64,000 bases of DNA from a virus (IMGVR_UViG_2565956726_000008), one strand, 5' to 3'. Shown: positions 1-10,018, numbered from the stretch's first letter. Notes: generated from the letters alone by a model not told the origin. Program-made: numbers and translations.

Positions 1-660
1 GAAAACTTCTGGTTCTGGCAGAATTACGTGAAGGTGGCCTATCAGCGCGGCACGGCACAGGAATATGCCAACCTCGCTAACCAGTCTGTCACGTACTCAA
101 GCGCCTACCCTGATGTATCTGCCGTGTTATCAAGCACAACTTACCGCACCCGCCTTGCCCTGGTACGTACCCGTGTATTTGAGGAAATGCGCGGGCTGAC
201 CGCACAGATCAAAAAGGATATGGCAAGAAGATTAACCGAAGGTATGGCACGCGGTTTAAATCCACTGGAAATAGCGCGCACATTGAATCAGGAGACGCGG
301 TTACCGCTATACAGGTGCAAACGTATTGCCCGAACTGAAATATGCACAGCGTTACGCACAGCGCGTATGGATGAGGCAGAAGCGGCGACAGAAGAATTTA
401 ATCTGCGCACTATGCAAATGCACATTTCGGCATTATCACCGACTACCAGGCTATCGCACGCGCAGCGGCACGGTAAAACATACACCATAGATGAGCAGCG
501 CGAATGGTGGAGTAGATCCCCTAATTCAATTAACTGCAAATGTAGCACGATTACCGTATTAGTTGACGAAGACGGTAACATATTAAACGAACGAATATTA
601 GATCTGGCGCAAGAAAACTATAAAGTTGCGCACGCTAAATATGGCGAAGATTGGGAGTAA
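1..660 (+). CDS. phage head morphogenesis protein (Mu F / SPP1 gp7-like), 5' end outside window
   Basis: Reading frame is open from nt 1; sits immediately upstream of scaffold and capsid genes. Confidence 0.5.
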   Translation, partial: ENFWFWQNYVKVAYQRGTAQEYANLANQSVTYSSAYPDVSAVLSSTTYRTRLALVRTRVFEEMRGLTAQIKKDMARRLTEGMARGLNPLEIARTLNQETRLPLYRCKRIARTEICTALRTARMDEAEAATEEFNLRTMQMHISALSPTTRLSHAQRHGKTYTIDEQREWWSRSPNSINCKCSTITVLVDEDGNILNERILDLAQENYKVAHAKYGEDWE

Positions 661-1934
661 AAACCGTGAGTAAAGAATTAATTCAGGTTAATACCAAATT
701 AACCGCTAATACCATACGCCGGGAAACGTATAACGGGCGGGAACATATTGTTGTTCCGTCCTACACGTTACCCTTTAACATCGTAATGAACCGGGAATAT
801 TACCCGGAAGCTGAAATTATCGCTAATTACCAGTCACTGGAGGGTACGCTTGCCCCGCTGGGCCATCCTACCGTTGACGGTAAATTTGTTTCAGCATTTA
901 GCCCGGAAGGATTAAACACGGGTTTTTGTGGTGCGTGGAACAGAAACGTTGAGTTACGCGGCAACCGTGTTTATGTGGAAAAATGGGTGGATGTGGAAAC
1001 CGCCAGCCATTCAAGCCAGGGCCGCGAATTATTAGCCAGACTGGAAGCACTGGAGAAAGGAGAAAGCAAAGATCCTATCTGGTCGTCCGTCGCTGTATAT
1101 CGCCAGCGTATGCCAGCCACCGAAAAAATGAAAGCCCAGGGTGCTGACCATGTAGTGAAAATCATGTCGATCGACCATGACGCTATCTTGCTGCATGAGC
1201 CGCCAGCCGCTTCGCCGGAACAGGGCGTAGGCTTAATGGTTAATACCGACCAGGCGAAGCCGTTAATGGCGGTGGCAATGAAAGAAAATAGCTATCGCAC
1301 ACTTGAAAAACAGTTAACCGCTGCCGCGCGGGAAATGTTCCCTGACGCTGATTACGTATACGTGGTGGACTTCACTGATAGAGAGGTGACGATCGCCACT
1401 AATGAAAACTGTGCGGAAAGATACAACTACGAAAAACAGGCTGATAAAATTATTCTCAATAATGGCGAGCTTGCAACCAACGAGGAAAGTAAATCATGGT
1501 TTGCTCAGTTCGCTGAACACCTTTCTAATCTTTTCTCCCTGAATGAAAAAATTAAGGCCAATAAATCGGAGGACGATCCCATGCCTTTGACAAAAGAAGA
1601 ACGCGCCGAACTGGTAAAAGAAATTAACGAAGGCTTATCCGCCAATATCGCTAATGCAGTAGCAGAGGCATTAAAACCAGTACAGGCAAGCGTTGAAGAA
1701 TTACAGACCAATCAGAAAGCGATTAAAGAAGAGATCGCAGCAAACGCAAATAAAGAAGAAGCAGAAAAACGCGCCGCAGTAGCAAAAGTACACGGCGAAA
1801 TTGTTGCTAACGCATTAAGCGGTGAAGCATTAGAGGCAATGTTTAAATCCCTGGGTAAAGCAACTCCGCTAGCCGCCAACACAGCAAGTGAAGACAAAAA
1901 AGGTGAAGTCCCTGACTTTAACACTTATTTCTAA
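651..1934 (+). CDS. capsid scaffold / prohead protease-like protein (DUF2213-type) with C-terminal coiled coil
   Basis: 427-aa ORF (probable real start GTG ~666 after GGGAG); Ala/Glu/Lys-rich coiled-coil tail; position before capsid gene. Confidence 0.45.
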   Translation: MGVKTVSKELIQVNTKLTANTIRRETYNGREHIVVPSYTLPFNIVMNREYYPEAEIIANYQSLEGTLAPLGHPTVDGKFVSAFSPEGLNTGFCGAWNRNVELRGNRVYVEKWVDVETASHSSQGRELLARLEALEKGESKDPIWSSVAVYRQRMPATEKMKAQGADHVVKIMSIDHDAILLHEPPAASPEQGVGLMVNTDQAKPLMAVAMKENSYRTLEKQLTAAAREMFPDADYVYVVDFTDREVTIATNENCAERYNYEKQADKIILNNGELATNEESKSWFAQFAEHLSNLFSLNEKIKANKSEDDPMPLTKEERAELVKEINEGLSANIANAVAEALKPVQASVEELQTNQKAIKEEIAANANKEEAEKRAAVAKVHGEIVANALSGEALEAMFKSLGKATPLAANTASEDKKGEVPDFNTYF

Positions 1935-1948
1935 CTGGAGGGAATACA

Positions 1949-2377
1949 ATGTCTCGTTTTTGTCGTGTAAATATTGATGGTAAATCCATTACCGAAACCT
2001 ACACTGCTAAGGTCGCAGTAAAACCAGGTGAACTGGTAAAACTGGACGGAGGTGAGTTTGCAAAAGCAACCAGTGCTGATGTCGGTGCAGCTCAGTTGTA
2101 CATCGTCAACCCGGCATTCCACGAAGGCAAAACCATTACTGATGCAATCGCTGCAAATGAAACTGTTGTTGCTGATTATGTGGAACAGGGCCGAGAGTTT
2201 GCTCTCCTTGTTCCTGCAGCCGCTTATGTTAAGGGTGCAGCTATTGCTCTCGCAGCCGACGGGGTGAAACTGTTTGTTGCGCCAAGTGAACAGGCAGCGC
2301 CAGATCCGATCATCGCATACTGCCAGGAAGACGTAACCCTGGAAGCGGAAGATTTTATCCGCGTTCGCGTTGCTTAA
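1949..2377 (+). CDS. phage head structural protein (decoration-like)
   Basis: 142-aa ORF with GGAGG RBS between scaffold and major capsid genes. Confidence 0.4.
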   Translation: MSRFCRVNIDGKSITETYTAKVAVKPGELVKLDGGEFAKATSADVGAAQLYIVNPAFHEGKTITDAIAANETVVADYVEQGREFALLVPAAAYVKGAAIALAADGVKLFVAPSEQAAPDPIIAYCQEDVTLEAEDFIRVRVA

Positions 2378-2394
2378 TTTAAAAGGGGAAAAAC

Positions 2395-3459
2395 ATGTAC
2401 TTTACAAAAGAAAACCTTGCCACCAACGCCCGTATGCAGGGCCATTGGAAAGAACTGTGGGCGCAACGCAATATCTTCAACGAGCAGCACAACGCCATGA
2501 TTGCAGCAAATCAGGCAAATATGACCGCTGAAATGTTGACCTGTAACGCCGTCGGCGGCTTCGCAAAAGAATTCTGGAAAGAAATCGATAACCAGATTAT
2601 CGAACTGAACACCGAAGAAATCGGTATTGAGATCGTAAACGACCTGATGGGTGTGCAAACCGTGCTGCCAGTCGGTAAAACGCTGAAAATGTACAACGTA
2701 TCCGGTGACATCAATGATGAAGTTGTGATGTCTATGGATGGTCAAGCGCCACACGGCTTTGATCACACCGAATACGATAGCGATGGCGACCCGATCCCGA
2801 TGTTCGCGGCTGGTTACGGTGTTAACTGGCGTCTCGCTCAGGGCTTGAATACTGTAGGCATCGACCTTGCCCTGGATAGTCAGCGCCTGAAACTGAAAAA
2901 ATTCAACAAAGCACGCGTCCAGTTCTACCTGAATGGTAACGATCGCATCGTGGTTGATGGTCATAAAGCTATGGGTATTAAAAACCACAAAAGCACCCAG
3001 CAGCTTAAACTAAAAACCGTCGCAAAAGTCGACCTGACTACTGCGGTTTTCGACAAGATCATTGACTTCTTCACCGTTGGTGAGTTCGGCAAGCTGGCTC
3101 GCGCCAACTTCGTAGCTAAATACGACGTCATGTGGGTATCGCCTGAGATCATGGCTAACCTGGCCCGTCCACACATCGTCAATGGTGCTGTAGTCGGTAG
3201 CGTGCTGAGCGTCATTATGCCGTTCGCTCCGGTTGGTGAGATTCGCCAGAGCTATGCATTGTCCGGCAACGAGTTCATTGCTTATCAGCGCAGCCGTAGC
3301 GTAATTACCCCGCTGGTTGGTATGACTACTGGTGTTGTACCGTTACCGCGCATGATGCCGACTGATAACTACAACTTCCGCATCATGTCCGCTGAGGGTC
3401 TGCAAATCACCCGTGACATGGAAGGTCGTTCAGGAGTGGTCTACGGCAGCAATACCTGA
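2395..3459 (+). CDS. major capsid protein (prophage A)
   Basis: 354-aa ORF with strong RBS, followed by a strong intrinsic terminator; gene order scaffold-decoration-capsid. Confidence 0.6.
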   Translation: MYFTKENLATNARMQGHWKELWAQRNIFNEQHNAMIAANQANMTAEMLTCNAVGGFAKEFWKEIDNQIIELNTEEIGIEIVNDLMGVQTVLPVGKTLKMYNVSGDINDEVVMSMDGQAPHGFDHTEYDSDGDPIPMFAAGYGVNWRLAQGLNTVGIDLALDSQRLKLKKFNKARVQFYLNGNDRIVVDGHKAMGIKNHKSTQQLKLKTVAKVDLTTAVFDKIIDFFTVGEFGKLARANFVAKYDVMWVSPEIMANLARPHIVNGAVVGSVLSVIMPFAPVGEIRQSYALSGNEFIAYQRSRSVITPLVGMTTGVVPLPRMMPTDNYNFRIMSAEGLQITRDMEGRSGVVYGSNT

Positions 3460-3478
3460 TTGATATGTTTCTGTAGCT

Positions 3479-3506
3479 CCCCGGCGCAATGCCGGGGATT
3501 TTTTTT
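3479..3506 (+). terminator. rho-independent terminator after capsid gene
   Basis: GC hairpin ccccggc-gcaat-gccgggg followed by a run of about 8 T. Confidence 0.6.
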
Positions 3507-3524
3507 GTATGTGGAGAAAACAAA

Positions 3525-3911
3525 ATGGTTACCACACAACAGGCGCGGGAATATCTCGAAAGCCAGGGGATTGAAATACCAGACGTGGTTTTATCTTTGC
3601 TGGTGGAGCAGGCAAATAGCGTTAATGAATGCCTTGATGCCAATTATCCGTCCTCCACTGCAACATTGATTCAGCTTTATCTCATTGGCCTGTTAGGACT
3701 CAGCCAGGCTGATAAATACGTTTCCTCGCAGACTGGTCCGAACGGTGCAAGCCAGTCTTACCGCTATGTCGATTTTAATAAGCGATGGAAGGCGGCCTAT
3801 TCGTTGCTTTACTCACTGGACAAACACCATTGTACAGCCGAACTAATTCCACCAGATCCAGAAAACACCGTGCACGCCGGGCTGTGGATTGGTAAGAGCA
3901 GGAGGATGTGA
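3525..3911 (+). CDS. head-tail connector / head completion protein (putative)
   Basis: 128-aa ORF from internal ATG of the track ORF; position after capsid gene. Confidence 0.4.
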   Translation: MVTTQQAREYLESQGIEIPDVVLSLLVEQANSVNECLDANYPSSTATLIQLYLIGLLGLSQADKYVSSQTGPNGASQSYRYVDFNKRWKAAYSLLYSLDKHHCTAELIPPDPENTVHAGLWIGKSRRM

Positions 3912-4099
3912 CAATGTGGAACGACCTGACATTACCAAATCCAGTATTGCCGAAACCATTTACCCGCGTGTGGGTTAAAACGGATAGCGGACGCCAGGTG
4001 GCGGCCTACCTCAATGATGCTGGCTTATGGGTAATTCTTTGCCCGCGCGTGGCGAAAACTCATCCAAAGGTCATTAGCTGGAGTTACGGCTATGAGTAA
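3908..4099 (+). CDS. small phage structural-module protein, hypothetical
   Basis: 63-aa ORF overlapping neighbours at both ends (translational coupling). Confidence 0.3.
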   Translation: MTMWNDLTLPNPVLPKPFTRVWVKTDSGRQVAAYLNDAGLWVILCPRVAKTHPKVISWSYGYE

Positions 4100-4460
4100 G
4101 ATTGCGCGATTCAGTTACAAGGCATTAGCCACCATCTACCCCGTAACGCATGACGACTGGACAAACGCCGACGTATACGGCGCACCATACCTGATTAACT
4201 GCGCATGGGAGCGCACCGACGGCACTGCAACAGACACAAACGGTAATGAGGTTAGCAATACAATAACCGTATTTACCGAACTGCTTCATAATATGCAGCC
4301 AGTGCAGCGCCCGAAAAACGGCTGGATGATTGCCACTGGCGACACCACTAATATTTCCGACCCGCTGGTGGCTGGGGCCAACGTTATTACCGGGATCGTT
4401 GAATGGGATATGAGCATGTTTAACGACACGCCGGATTATAAGATCGTGACAGGGGGTTAA
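4092..4460 (+). CDS. head-tail joining protein (putative)
   Basis: 122-aa ORF in tightly coupled structural operon. Confidence 0.4.
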   Translation: MSKIARFSYKALATIYPVTHDDWTNADVYGAPYLINCAWERTDGTATDTNGNEVSNTITVFTELLHNMQPVQRPKNGWMIATGDTTNISDPLVAGANVITGIVEWDMSMFNDTPDYKIVTGG

Positions 4461-4462
4461 TC

Positions 4463-4927
4463 ATGCCTATCAAGGGGGTTAAACGCGTCCGTGAGAGATT
4501 AAAGCAGGAACTAAAGGAAATCACCGATAAAAAGACGCACGAAGTTTTATGGCGCGTCGGTATGCTGGCTGGTGGCTTCGCGGCTAATATGACGCCAGTC
4601 GATACGGGCTTCTTAATTAACAGTCAGTTCCAGTACATAGGGAACACGGCGGACGGTATGCAATTACGCCTGGGATATACGGCCCGCTACGCTGAATGGG
4701 TGCACAATATGCCGGGTACATTAAAAGGCCAGCCGCGCGAAGATTTCGGCAAAACGAATAACCTTTCAGATTTCGGACCGAAACAGGTAATTAGTTTTGG
4801 TGGTGGTACTGGAAAGGGTAATTATTGGGATCCAAATGCGGAGCCTGGATTCTTGCGTAAGGCATTCGAAGATCCTAACCACGCCGATGATATTTATAAA
4901 GAAATTGTAGAAGGTTACAAAGTATGA
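4463..4927 (+). CDS. HK97 gp10-like tail component protein
   Basis: 154 aa; PVDTGFL motif typical of gp10-family neck proteins. Confidence 0.5.
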   Translation: MPIKGVKRVRERLKQELKEITDKKTHEVLWRVGMLAGGFAANMTPVDTGFLINSQFQYIGNTADGMQLRLGYTARYAEWVHNMPGTLKGQPREDFGKTNNLSDFGPKQVISFGGGTGKGNYWDPNAEPGFLRKAFEDPNHADDIYKEIVEGYKV

Positions 4928-5310
4928 AACGCAGCGAAGTTTACGACGAAATAAGGGATTGGATTCAATCCCACGGATACGATGAAGGCTATATTTTGCA
5001 GGCCCGTTTCTGGAATGAGCGAAGTAATTCGAATAATGACAGATACATCGTGATCCAGCAAAACGGCGGCGCGGCTGGTGAGGAAGCAATAACCCGTGAT
5101 TATTTCCGCATCCTGGTTATTTCAGCGCGTAATGATGCAAATATCAGTGAGGTGGAAGACCTTGCCGATGCCATCCGTCAAAGTATGTTAACAGAATATA
5201 AAACTGATAAAATTACACACATGAAGCCAGTTGGCGCTATTCCTGCAATACAGACAAGAGAAGGGCGCTTTATTTTTACCGTAGCCTTTCAAACCATCAT
5301 ATCAAGATAA
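4924..5310 (+). CDS. tail terminator / tail completion protein (putative)
   Basis: 128-aa ORF overlapping previous stop, immediately before major tail gene. Confidence 0.4.
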   Translation: MKRSEVYDEIRDWIQSHGYDEGYILQARFWNERSNSNNDRYIVIQQNGGAAGEEAITRDYFRILVISARNDANISEVEDLADAIRQSMLTEYKTDKITHMKPVGAIPAIQTREGRFIFTVAFQTIISR

Positions 5311-5323
5311 GAGGTAAATTAAC

Positions 5324-5800
5324 ATGTCTCAGACTTGCGAAAAAGGCACGTTTACAGGCCGTGACGTTGCTGTATTCTTCGCTATCGCTTGTCCAAATGC
5401 GAAGCCGGAAGTTGGAGCGTACAAAGCGTTAGGCATGATGCGTGGTAAAACACTTTCCGTTGAATGGGAAACCGCTGACGCCACCGCCGATAAATCAGCC
5501 GATTACACGAAAGAATCAATGGTTACTTACAAATCCGTTTCTTTCTCCGGCGACGGTGTGTCCCGCACTGAAGAAATCCATAATCAGAAAGCGCTGAAAC
5601 GCCACGTAATTACGCCAGGTGAAACCACCGGATCACAACCTTATGTATGGCTGAAGATCGTTTCTCCTGTAGACGTAACTGAAGGCCCATTCCTTTGCAC
5701 TTCCTTTAAAGAAGAAGATCCGCATGATGATGTTTCCACCTGGTCTATTGAGTGCGAAAGCGCTGGCAAGGTAACGGTAGGCGACGTTCCGCCAGCATAA
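5324..5800 (+). CDS. major tail protein (prophage A)
   Basis: 158-aa ORF followed by intrinsic terminator; position before chaperone and tape measure. Confidence 0.5.
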   Translation: MSQTCEKGTFTGRDVAVFFAIACPNAKPEVGAYKALGMMRGKTLSVEWETADATADKSADYTKESMVTYKSVSFSGDGVSRTEEIHNQKALKRHVITPGETTGSQPYVWLKIVSPVDVTEGPFLCTSFKEEDPHDDVSTWSIECESAGKVTVGDVPPA

Positions 5801-5818
5801 CAGCCAATATTAACAATC

Positions 5819-5843
5819 GGGGCCATTTGGCCCCTTTTCTTTT
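5819..5843 (+). terminator. rho-independent terminator
   Basis: Hairpin ggggcc-attt-ggcccc followed by TTTTCTTTT. Confidence 0.5.
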
Positions 5844-5846
5844 AAG

Positions 5847-6533
5847 GTGAATACTATGATCCATGTTCGTACAGGACAATTTGCTGCCGTGGTGAACGGT
5901 AAGCGCTATGAGTTTAATCCTTGCTTTGCTGCGATGGCTAAAATCGGCAACGATAGTGAGCTTGTCGAATATTTCGCACTTATCCACGGCGGCAAATATC
6001 CATCACGATTGCCAGCAGATCCAGACCTCCGCAATCGCATTATGGCGCGGTGTTATGGTGAGATAGTACAAACGTCAATGCGCATCCTGAAATGTTGCTC
6101 AGACGACGAAATAGCCCCGTTATTGGGTGAATGTAGGTCAACTTCTTCCGGCAAGTTACGACTAAAACCCGGACTGATGCCGACCAGTGACGTTATCACG
6201 CTGGCACAACATTGCATGTACCACGGTTTAATCGGTGACGGGCCAGAAGAAGACGCCGGAGAGATCCGGGAAGGGGAATATAAGCCGACTTTTAACGTGC
6301 TGGAATTCGTTTATTCTGCCGTAGCTCACCTGGGATTATCTGAATCAGAAGCGTGGAATATGACAATGACCGGATATAGGGCCGCTGTACGCGCTAAAAC
6401 GCCGCCAGAAGCAAGAAACAAACAAAAACGCCCAAATGTATTGCTGGATAAAAAGGCTTATGACGATGGAATGAATGGTGCTATGGAGATACTAAAAAGA
6501 ATGAAAAATCGCGAGCAAGAAAAAACCCGGTAG
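5847..6533 (+). CDS. tail assembly chaperone-like protein (putative)
   Basis: 228-aa ORF between major tail and tape measure genes; probable real start ATG ~5856. Confidence 0.35.
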   Translation: MNTMIHVRTGQFAAVVNGKRYEFNPCFAAMAKIGNDSELVEYFALIHGGKYPSRLPADPDLRNRIMARCYGEIVQTSMRILKCCSDDEIAPLLGECRSTSSGKLRLKPGLMPTSDVITLAQHCMYHGLIGDGPEEDAGEIREGEYKPTFNVLEFVYSAVAHLGLSESEAWNMTMTGYRAAVRAKTPPEARNKQKRPNVLLDKKAYDDGMNGAMEILKRMKNREQEKTR

Positions 6534-6558
6534 ATCCGGGCGTTTTTGTTAAGTTCGC

Positions 6559-6879
6559 TTATGCTATTTTTTCGTAAAGCACATTCATCTGGGTGCGAAT
6601 CACTGTTAATATATTGATTGCTGCGTTCTTATTAATGCGTTTATTCGCTACTATTTTTGTTTTCCCATCAATAACAACCAGATCTGCGTGCAATACATGG
6701 TTGAAGTTGACAATGTAATAATACTGTTTATCGCCAACATGTTGAACATATGCACCATTTAGATTTCCTTTATACCCACAATCACGCTCTGCGACACCGA
6801 AGTCAAATTCGCGGTTCATCTTGCGATTATATGCTACTTGTTTATGTTCCCATTTTCTCATCCATTCATCGCGTTTCAT
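6559..6879 (-). CDS. hypothetical protein, cargo gene 2 of lipoprotein pair
   Basis: 106-aa minus-strand ORF in AT-rich insert; 9-nt gap after the lipoprotein gene. Confidence 0.5.
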   Translation of the reverse strand: MKRDEWMRKWEHKQVAYNRKMNREFDFGVAERDCGYKGNLNGAYVQHVGDKQYYYIVNFNHVLHADLVVIDGKTKIVANKRINKNAAINILTVIRTQMNVLYEKIA

Positions 6880-6888
6880 GTTTCACCC

Positions 6889-7548
6889 TTAATTCCAGTT
6901 GCAAGCGTTTTTCACTTTGTCGATGTGGTTATAAAGACCATCAATGTTAAACACTGCTTTCTCAATGTCGCCAGCTTCCGGCACTGCTTCAATGATAAAT
7001 TGTTTTTCGTTAACCAGTTTTTTAATCATTGGGATGGCTTTTTTGCCGTCCCATAATCCAAGAGCTTTATAATTAGTTGACCGCCACCACTCAGTAGCTA
7101 CAGCTTTGTGATCGCCGATCCGGTAGTTAATATAAGTAGTGTCCCCAGCGTCAGTTACATGGTTTGACCATGCTACGAACATTTTTGTTTTATTACCCTG
7201 GCAAGCGATTGTTAATACAGGTTTGTTTTCATCCCGTGCTTTCAGTGTAGGGAAAGCATCAAGACTTCCGCTGAAATGTTCTGCTTTCACGAAAAGGAAC
7301 ACGTTTTTTGTGTCCTGCATATCATCTTTTCTTTCGACCACAAGCCACTGTTTACCAGCTTTTTCTTTTGCTAACTGTGCCTCATATGCGGCTTGTTTTG
7401 CTTGTTGTTCTGCAAGCCATTTAGCATTTTTCTCTGCTAATGCTTGTTGTTCTTGAGTGGTCACTATAGGCGCTTTTTCATTATCCTCATTGCAACCAAC
7501 CAGACCCAATACCGCCGCAATCATTGCCACTTTTGCTAACCGTTTCAT
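6889..7548 (-). CDS. outer-membrane lipoprotein (signal peptide, lipobox LVGC, Asn at +2), cargo gene
   Basis: N-terminus MKRLAKVAMIAAVLGLVGC-N; coiled-coil stretch then globular C-terminal domain; opposite strand to tail genes. Confidence 0.6.
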   Translation of the reverse strand: MKRLAKVAMIAAVLGLVGCNEDNEKAPIVTTQEQQALAEKNAKWLAEQQAKQAAYEAQLAKEKAGKQWLVVERKDDMQDTKNVFLFVKAEHFSGSLDAFPTLKARDENKPVLTIACQGNKTKMFVAWSNHVTDAGDTTYINYRIGDHKAVATEWWRSTNYKALGLWDGKKAIPMIKKLVNEKQFIIEAVPEAGDIEKAVFNIDGLYNHIDKVKNACNWN

Positions 7549-7675
7549 AACCCACCACGCTAACTTGATTTACTGACCATTCCCTTTGGCTTCTTTATAC
7601 AAAATGGAGTCGTTGAAGTAAAGCCATTTTGTATAAAATAGATACACAGATCACATTTTTGCATGAGGTTAAATC

Positions 7676-10018
7676 ATGGATACCAGTGTAGGTACAATTT
7701 ATTACGAAGTTGATGCGAAAACTAGTCAACTTCTCGTTGCACAACGACAGGCAGACCAGGCCTTTGGGCGTATAGAGCGCGGCGCAAAACAGGCTGACCG
7801 CCAGGTAAACACCCTGAAAACATCCATCAAGGCACTGACCAGGGTTATCCATTTGCTAATTGCTGCGGAGGCCGTGCGTCAATTCATGGATATGGCGGAG
7901 CAAGCAAAAATGCTTCGCGTAAAAATCAAAATGCTTACGGGCGATGCGGAGTCCGCCGGACGGGTTTTTGATGGCCTGAAAGCAATATCAAAAGAAACAG
8001 GCCAAAGCATGAAGGATACCGGGGATCTGTGGCAAGGCTTAGCTATCTCACTGAAGAACACGTCCGCCACTGAAGGGCAATTGCTTAACCTGGTAGGTAC
8101 GATTCAGAAAATGGGGGCATTAGGCGGCGCGTCAGCGGAACAGATGTCTAACTCAATGCGTCAATTCCGTCAGTCTATCGACGGCGGTGTTCTTCGTGCC
8201 GAAGAATTTAACAGCCTGCTTGAAAATACGCCGACCATCGTACAAACAATGGCCCGCCATATGGGATTATCAATGGGCCAGTTCCGCGCCGAAATGCTGG
8301 ACGGCAAGATCACGGCTGAAAGGATGGTTAACGCAATACAGGCGGCTACGCAGGAAACAAACGATAAGTTTGCTCAGTTGCCGCGCACATCCGGCATGGC
8401 TATCAATGAGCTTAAAGTAGAAATTATGGGCCTTGTTGAGCAGTTGGATGATCTTTTTGGCGTGTCAGATGGCGTTGTTTCAGCTATCGACTTGATCACG
8501 AAAGGCGTTAAAGGGCTTGGCGATGGCGCTAAATTCGCTAAAACCTGCTTCGACACACTCAAAACGGCTGGTAGCGAATTTATCGACATGTTTGATGATG
8601 TGGCTGTTAAGGCTGGAGAGGTGGCAGAGAAGATCATCGCAATGGTGACGCCAATCAAGGCGCTAATGGATGGCTATAAATGGATGAAGGAGGTAGTAGG
8701 AGAGCAAACCGACGAATATAACAGCAACTACGAGAAGAAATACGGGAAGACCGTTGGCAAGGTCATGCAACTACAGGATGATCTGACCGCAGCAATCCAG
8801 GCTACAGAAGAAGCAAGGAAAAATGAACAGAATGCTGCCAATGACGGAGCGATTACCGGATTCGACAAGCCAGTAGACAAGCCGAAAAAACAGAAAAAAG
8901 AGAAGAAATCGGAAGCTGATCGGCTTGGTGACAAAGGTATAAGCGTTTCTGATCAGTACAACAAAGACGCCGCCGCCATGCGCAAAGCGTTGGAGAACGG
9001 CAAGGCCATTGATGCTGCATTTGCCCAGGGTAAAATCACGCTCCTTGAGTACCGCGCCGCGCAAAAAGGGATCGGCAAGGAACTGAAAGAAGAATTAGCA
9101 CAAATTCCGGTAGATGAATTGCGTGATAAATGGTCACAAATAGTAAGCCCGATGGATCAGCTAAAAGGCGAAGTTGACCCCATCCAGCAGGCGCAAAATG
9201 AATGGGCCATCCGTAAGCAAATGCTTATAGACCTGGGCGCTACTGAAGCGCAACAGAAACAGGAATTGTTAGCCTATGAGCAACAGATCCGCGATCTGAA
9301 ATGGGAACAATGGCAGGCGCAAAGCGACACAAACGGCCTTATCGGTGATTGTGTTAATGGCCTTAAAGGCGGAATGAGTAATGCGCTTGTTGGCCTGTTA
9401 AACGGCACTCAATCATTGAGTGATGTTTTTGCTAACTTAGGAAGCAATATACTCGGCAATATCGGTAACAGACTCTCAGACATAGCTGCAAACTGGATAG
9501 CAGATCAGATCATGATGGAGACACAAAGCAAGGCCACGCAAACAAGTACAACAGCAAGCGCGGTAGCAGCTCAGGGAAGCATTGCTGCGGCGGCGGCCCC
9601 AGCAGCGGCGGCAACTGCGGCGTCAACTGGCGGTAGCTGGGCGGCGGCTGGTTCGGCGGCGCTCACTGCGATCATGTCGCTGGCTACGTCAATTTTCGGC
9701 GGCGGTCGCTTTAATGGTGGTAGCGTCATTGGTGGTAATATGTACCGCGTAGGGGAACACAACAGGCCGGAGCTATTCCAGACATCTAACGGCAATCAAT
9801 ATATGATCCCTGGCGAGAACGGCAGAGTTATTCCGGGCCGTGATATTGGCGGCGGTGGCGGTATTAGTATGCCTGTCAGTATCAGCATTCAGACCACGAA
9901 CGGATTCAGCGACGAAGACAGCCGCAGACTTGAATTAACAATGGAACGTGTAGCCATGAAAATGATAACAAGGGAATCTCAAAGACCAGGCGGAATGTTG
10001 CAACCTCGCCGCAAATAA
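7676..10018 (+). CDS. tail tape measure protein (prophage A)
   Basis: 780 aa, alpha-helical, Gly/Ala-rich C-terminal region; position before M. Confidence 0.8.
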   Translation: MDTSVGTIYYEVDAKTSQLLVAQRQADQAFGRIERGAKQADRQVNTLKTSIKALTRVIHLLIAAEAVRQFMDMAEQAKMLRVKIKMLTGDAESAGRVFDGLKAISKETGQSMKDTGDLWQGLAISLKNTSATEGQLLNLVGTIQKMGALGGASAEQMSNSMRQFRQSIDGGVLRAEEFNSLLENTPTIVQTMARHMGLSMGQFRAEMLDGKITAERMVNAIQAATQETNDKFAQLPRTSGMAINELKVEIMGLVEQLDDLFGVSDGVVSAIDLITKGVKGLGDGAKFAKTCFDTLKTAGSEFIDMFDDVAVKAGEVAEKIIAMVTPIKALMDGYKWMKEVVGEQTDEYNSNYEKKYGKTVGKVMQLQDDLTAAIQATEEARKNEQNAANDGAITGFDKPVDKPKKQKKEKKSEADRLGDKGISVSDQYNKDAAAMRKALENGKAIDAAFAQGKITLLEYRAAQKGIGKELKEELAQIPVDELRDKWSQIVSPMDQLKGEVDPIQQAQNEWAIRKQMLIDLGATEAQQKQELLAYEQQIRDLKWEQWQAQSDTNGLIGDCVNGLKGGMSNALVGLLNGTQSLSDVFANLGSNILGNIGNRLSDIAANWIADQIMMETQSKATQTSTTASAVAAQGSIAAAAAPAAAATAASTGGSWAAAGSAALTAIMSLATSIFGGGRFNGGSVIGGNMYRVGEHNRPELFQTSNGNQYMIPGENGRVIPGRDIGGGGGISMPVSISIQTTNGFSDEDSRRLELTMERVAMKMITRESQRPGGMLQPRRK

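Noticed and set aside
8374-9064. Minus-strand ORFs of 94 and 97 aa
   Set aside because: Antisense inside the tape measure gene; no RBS or independent signals.
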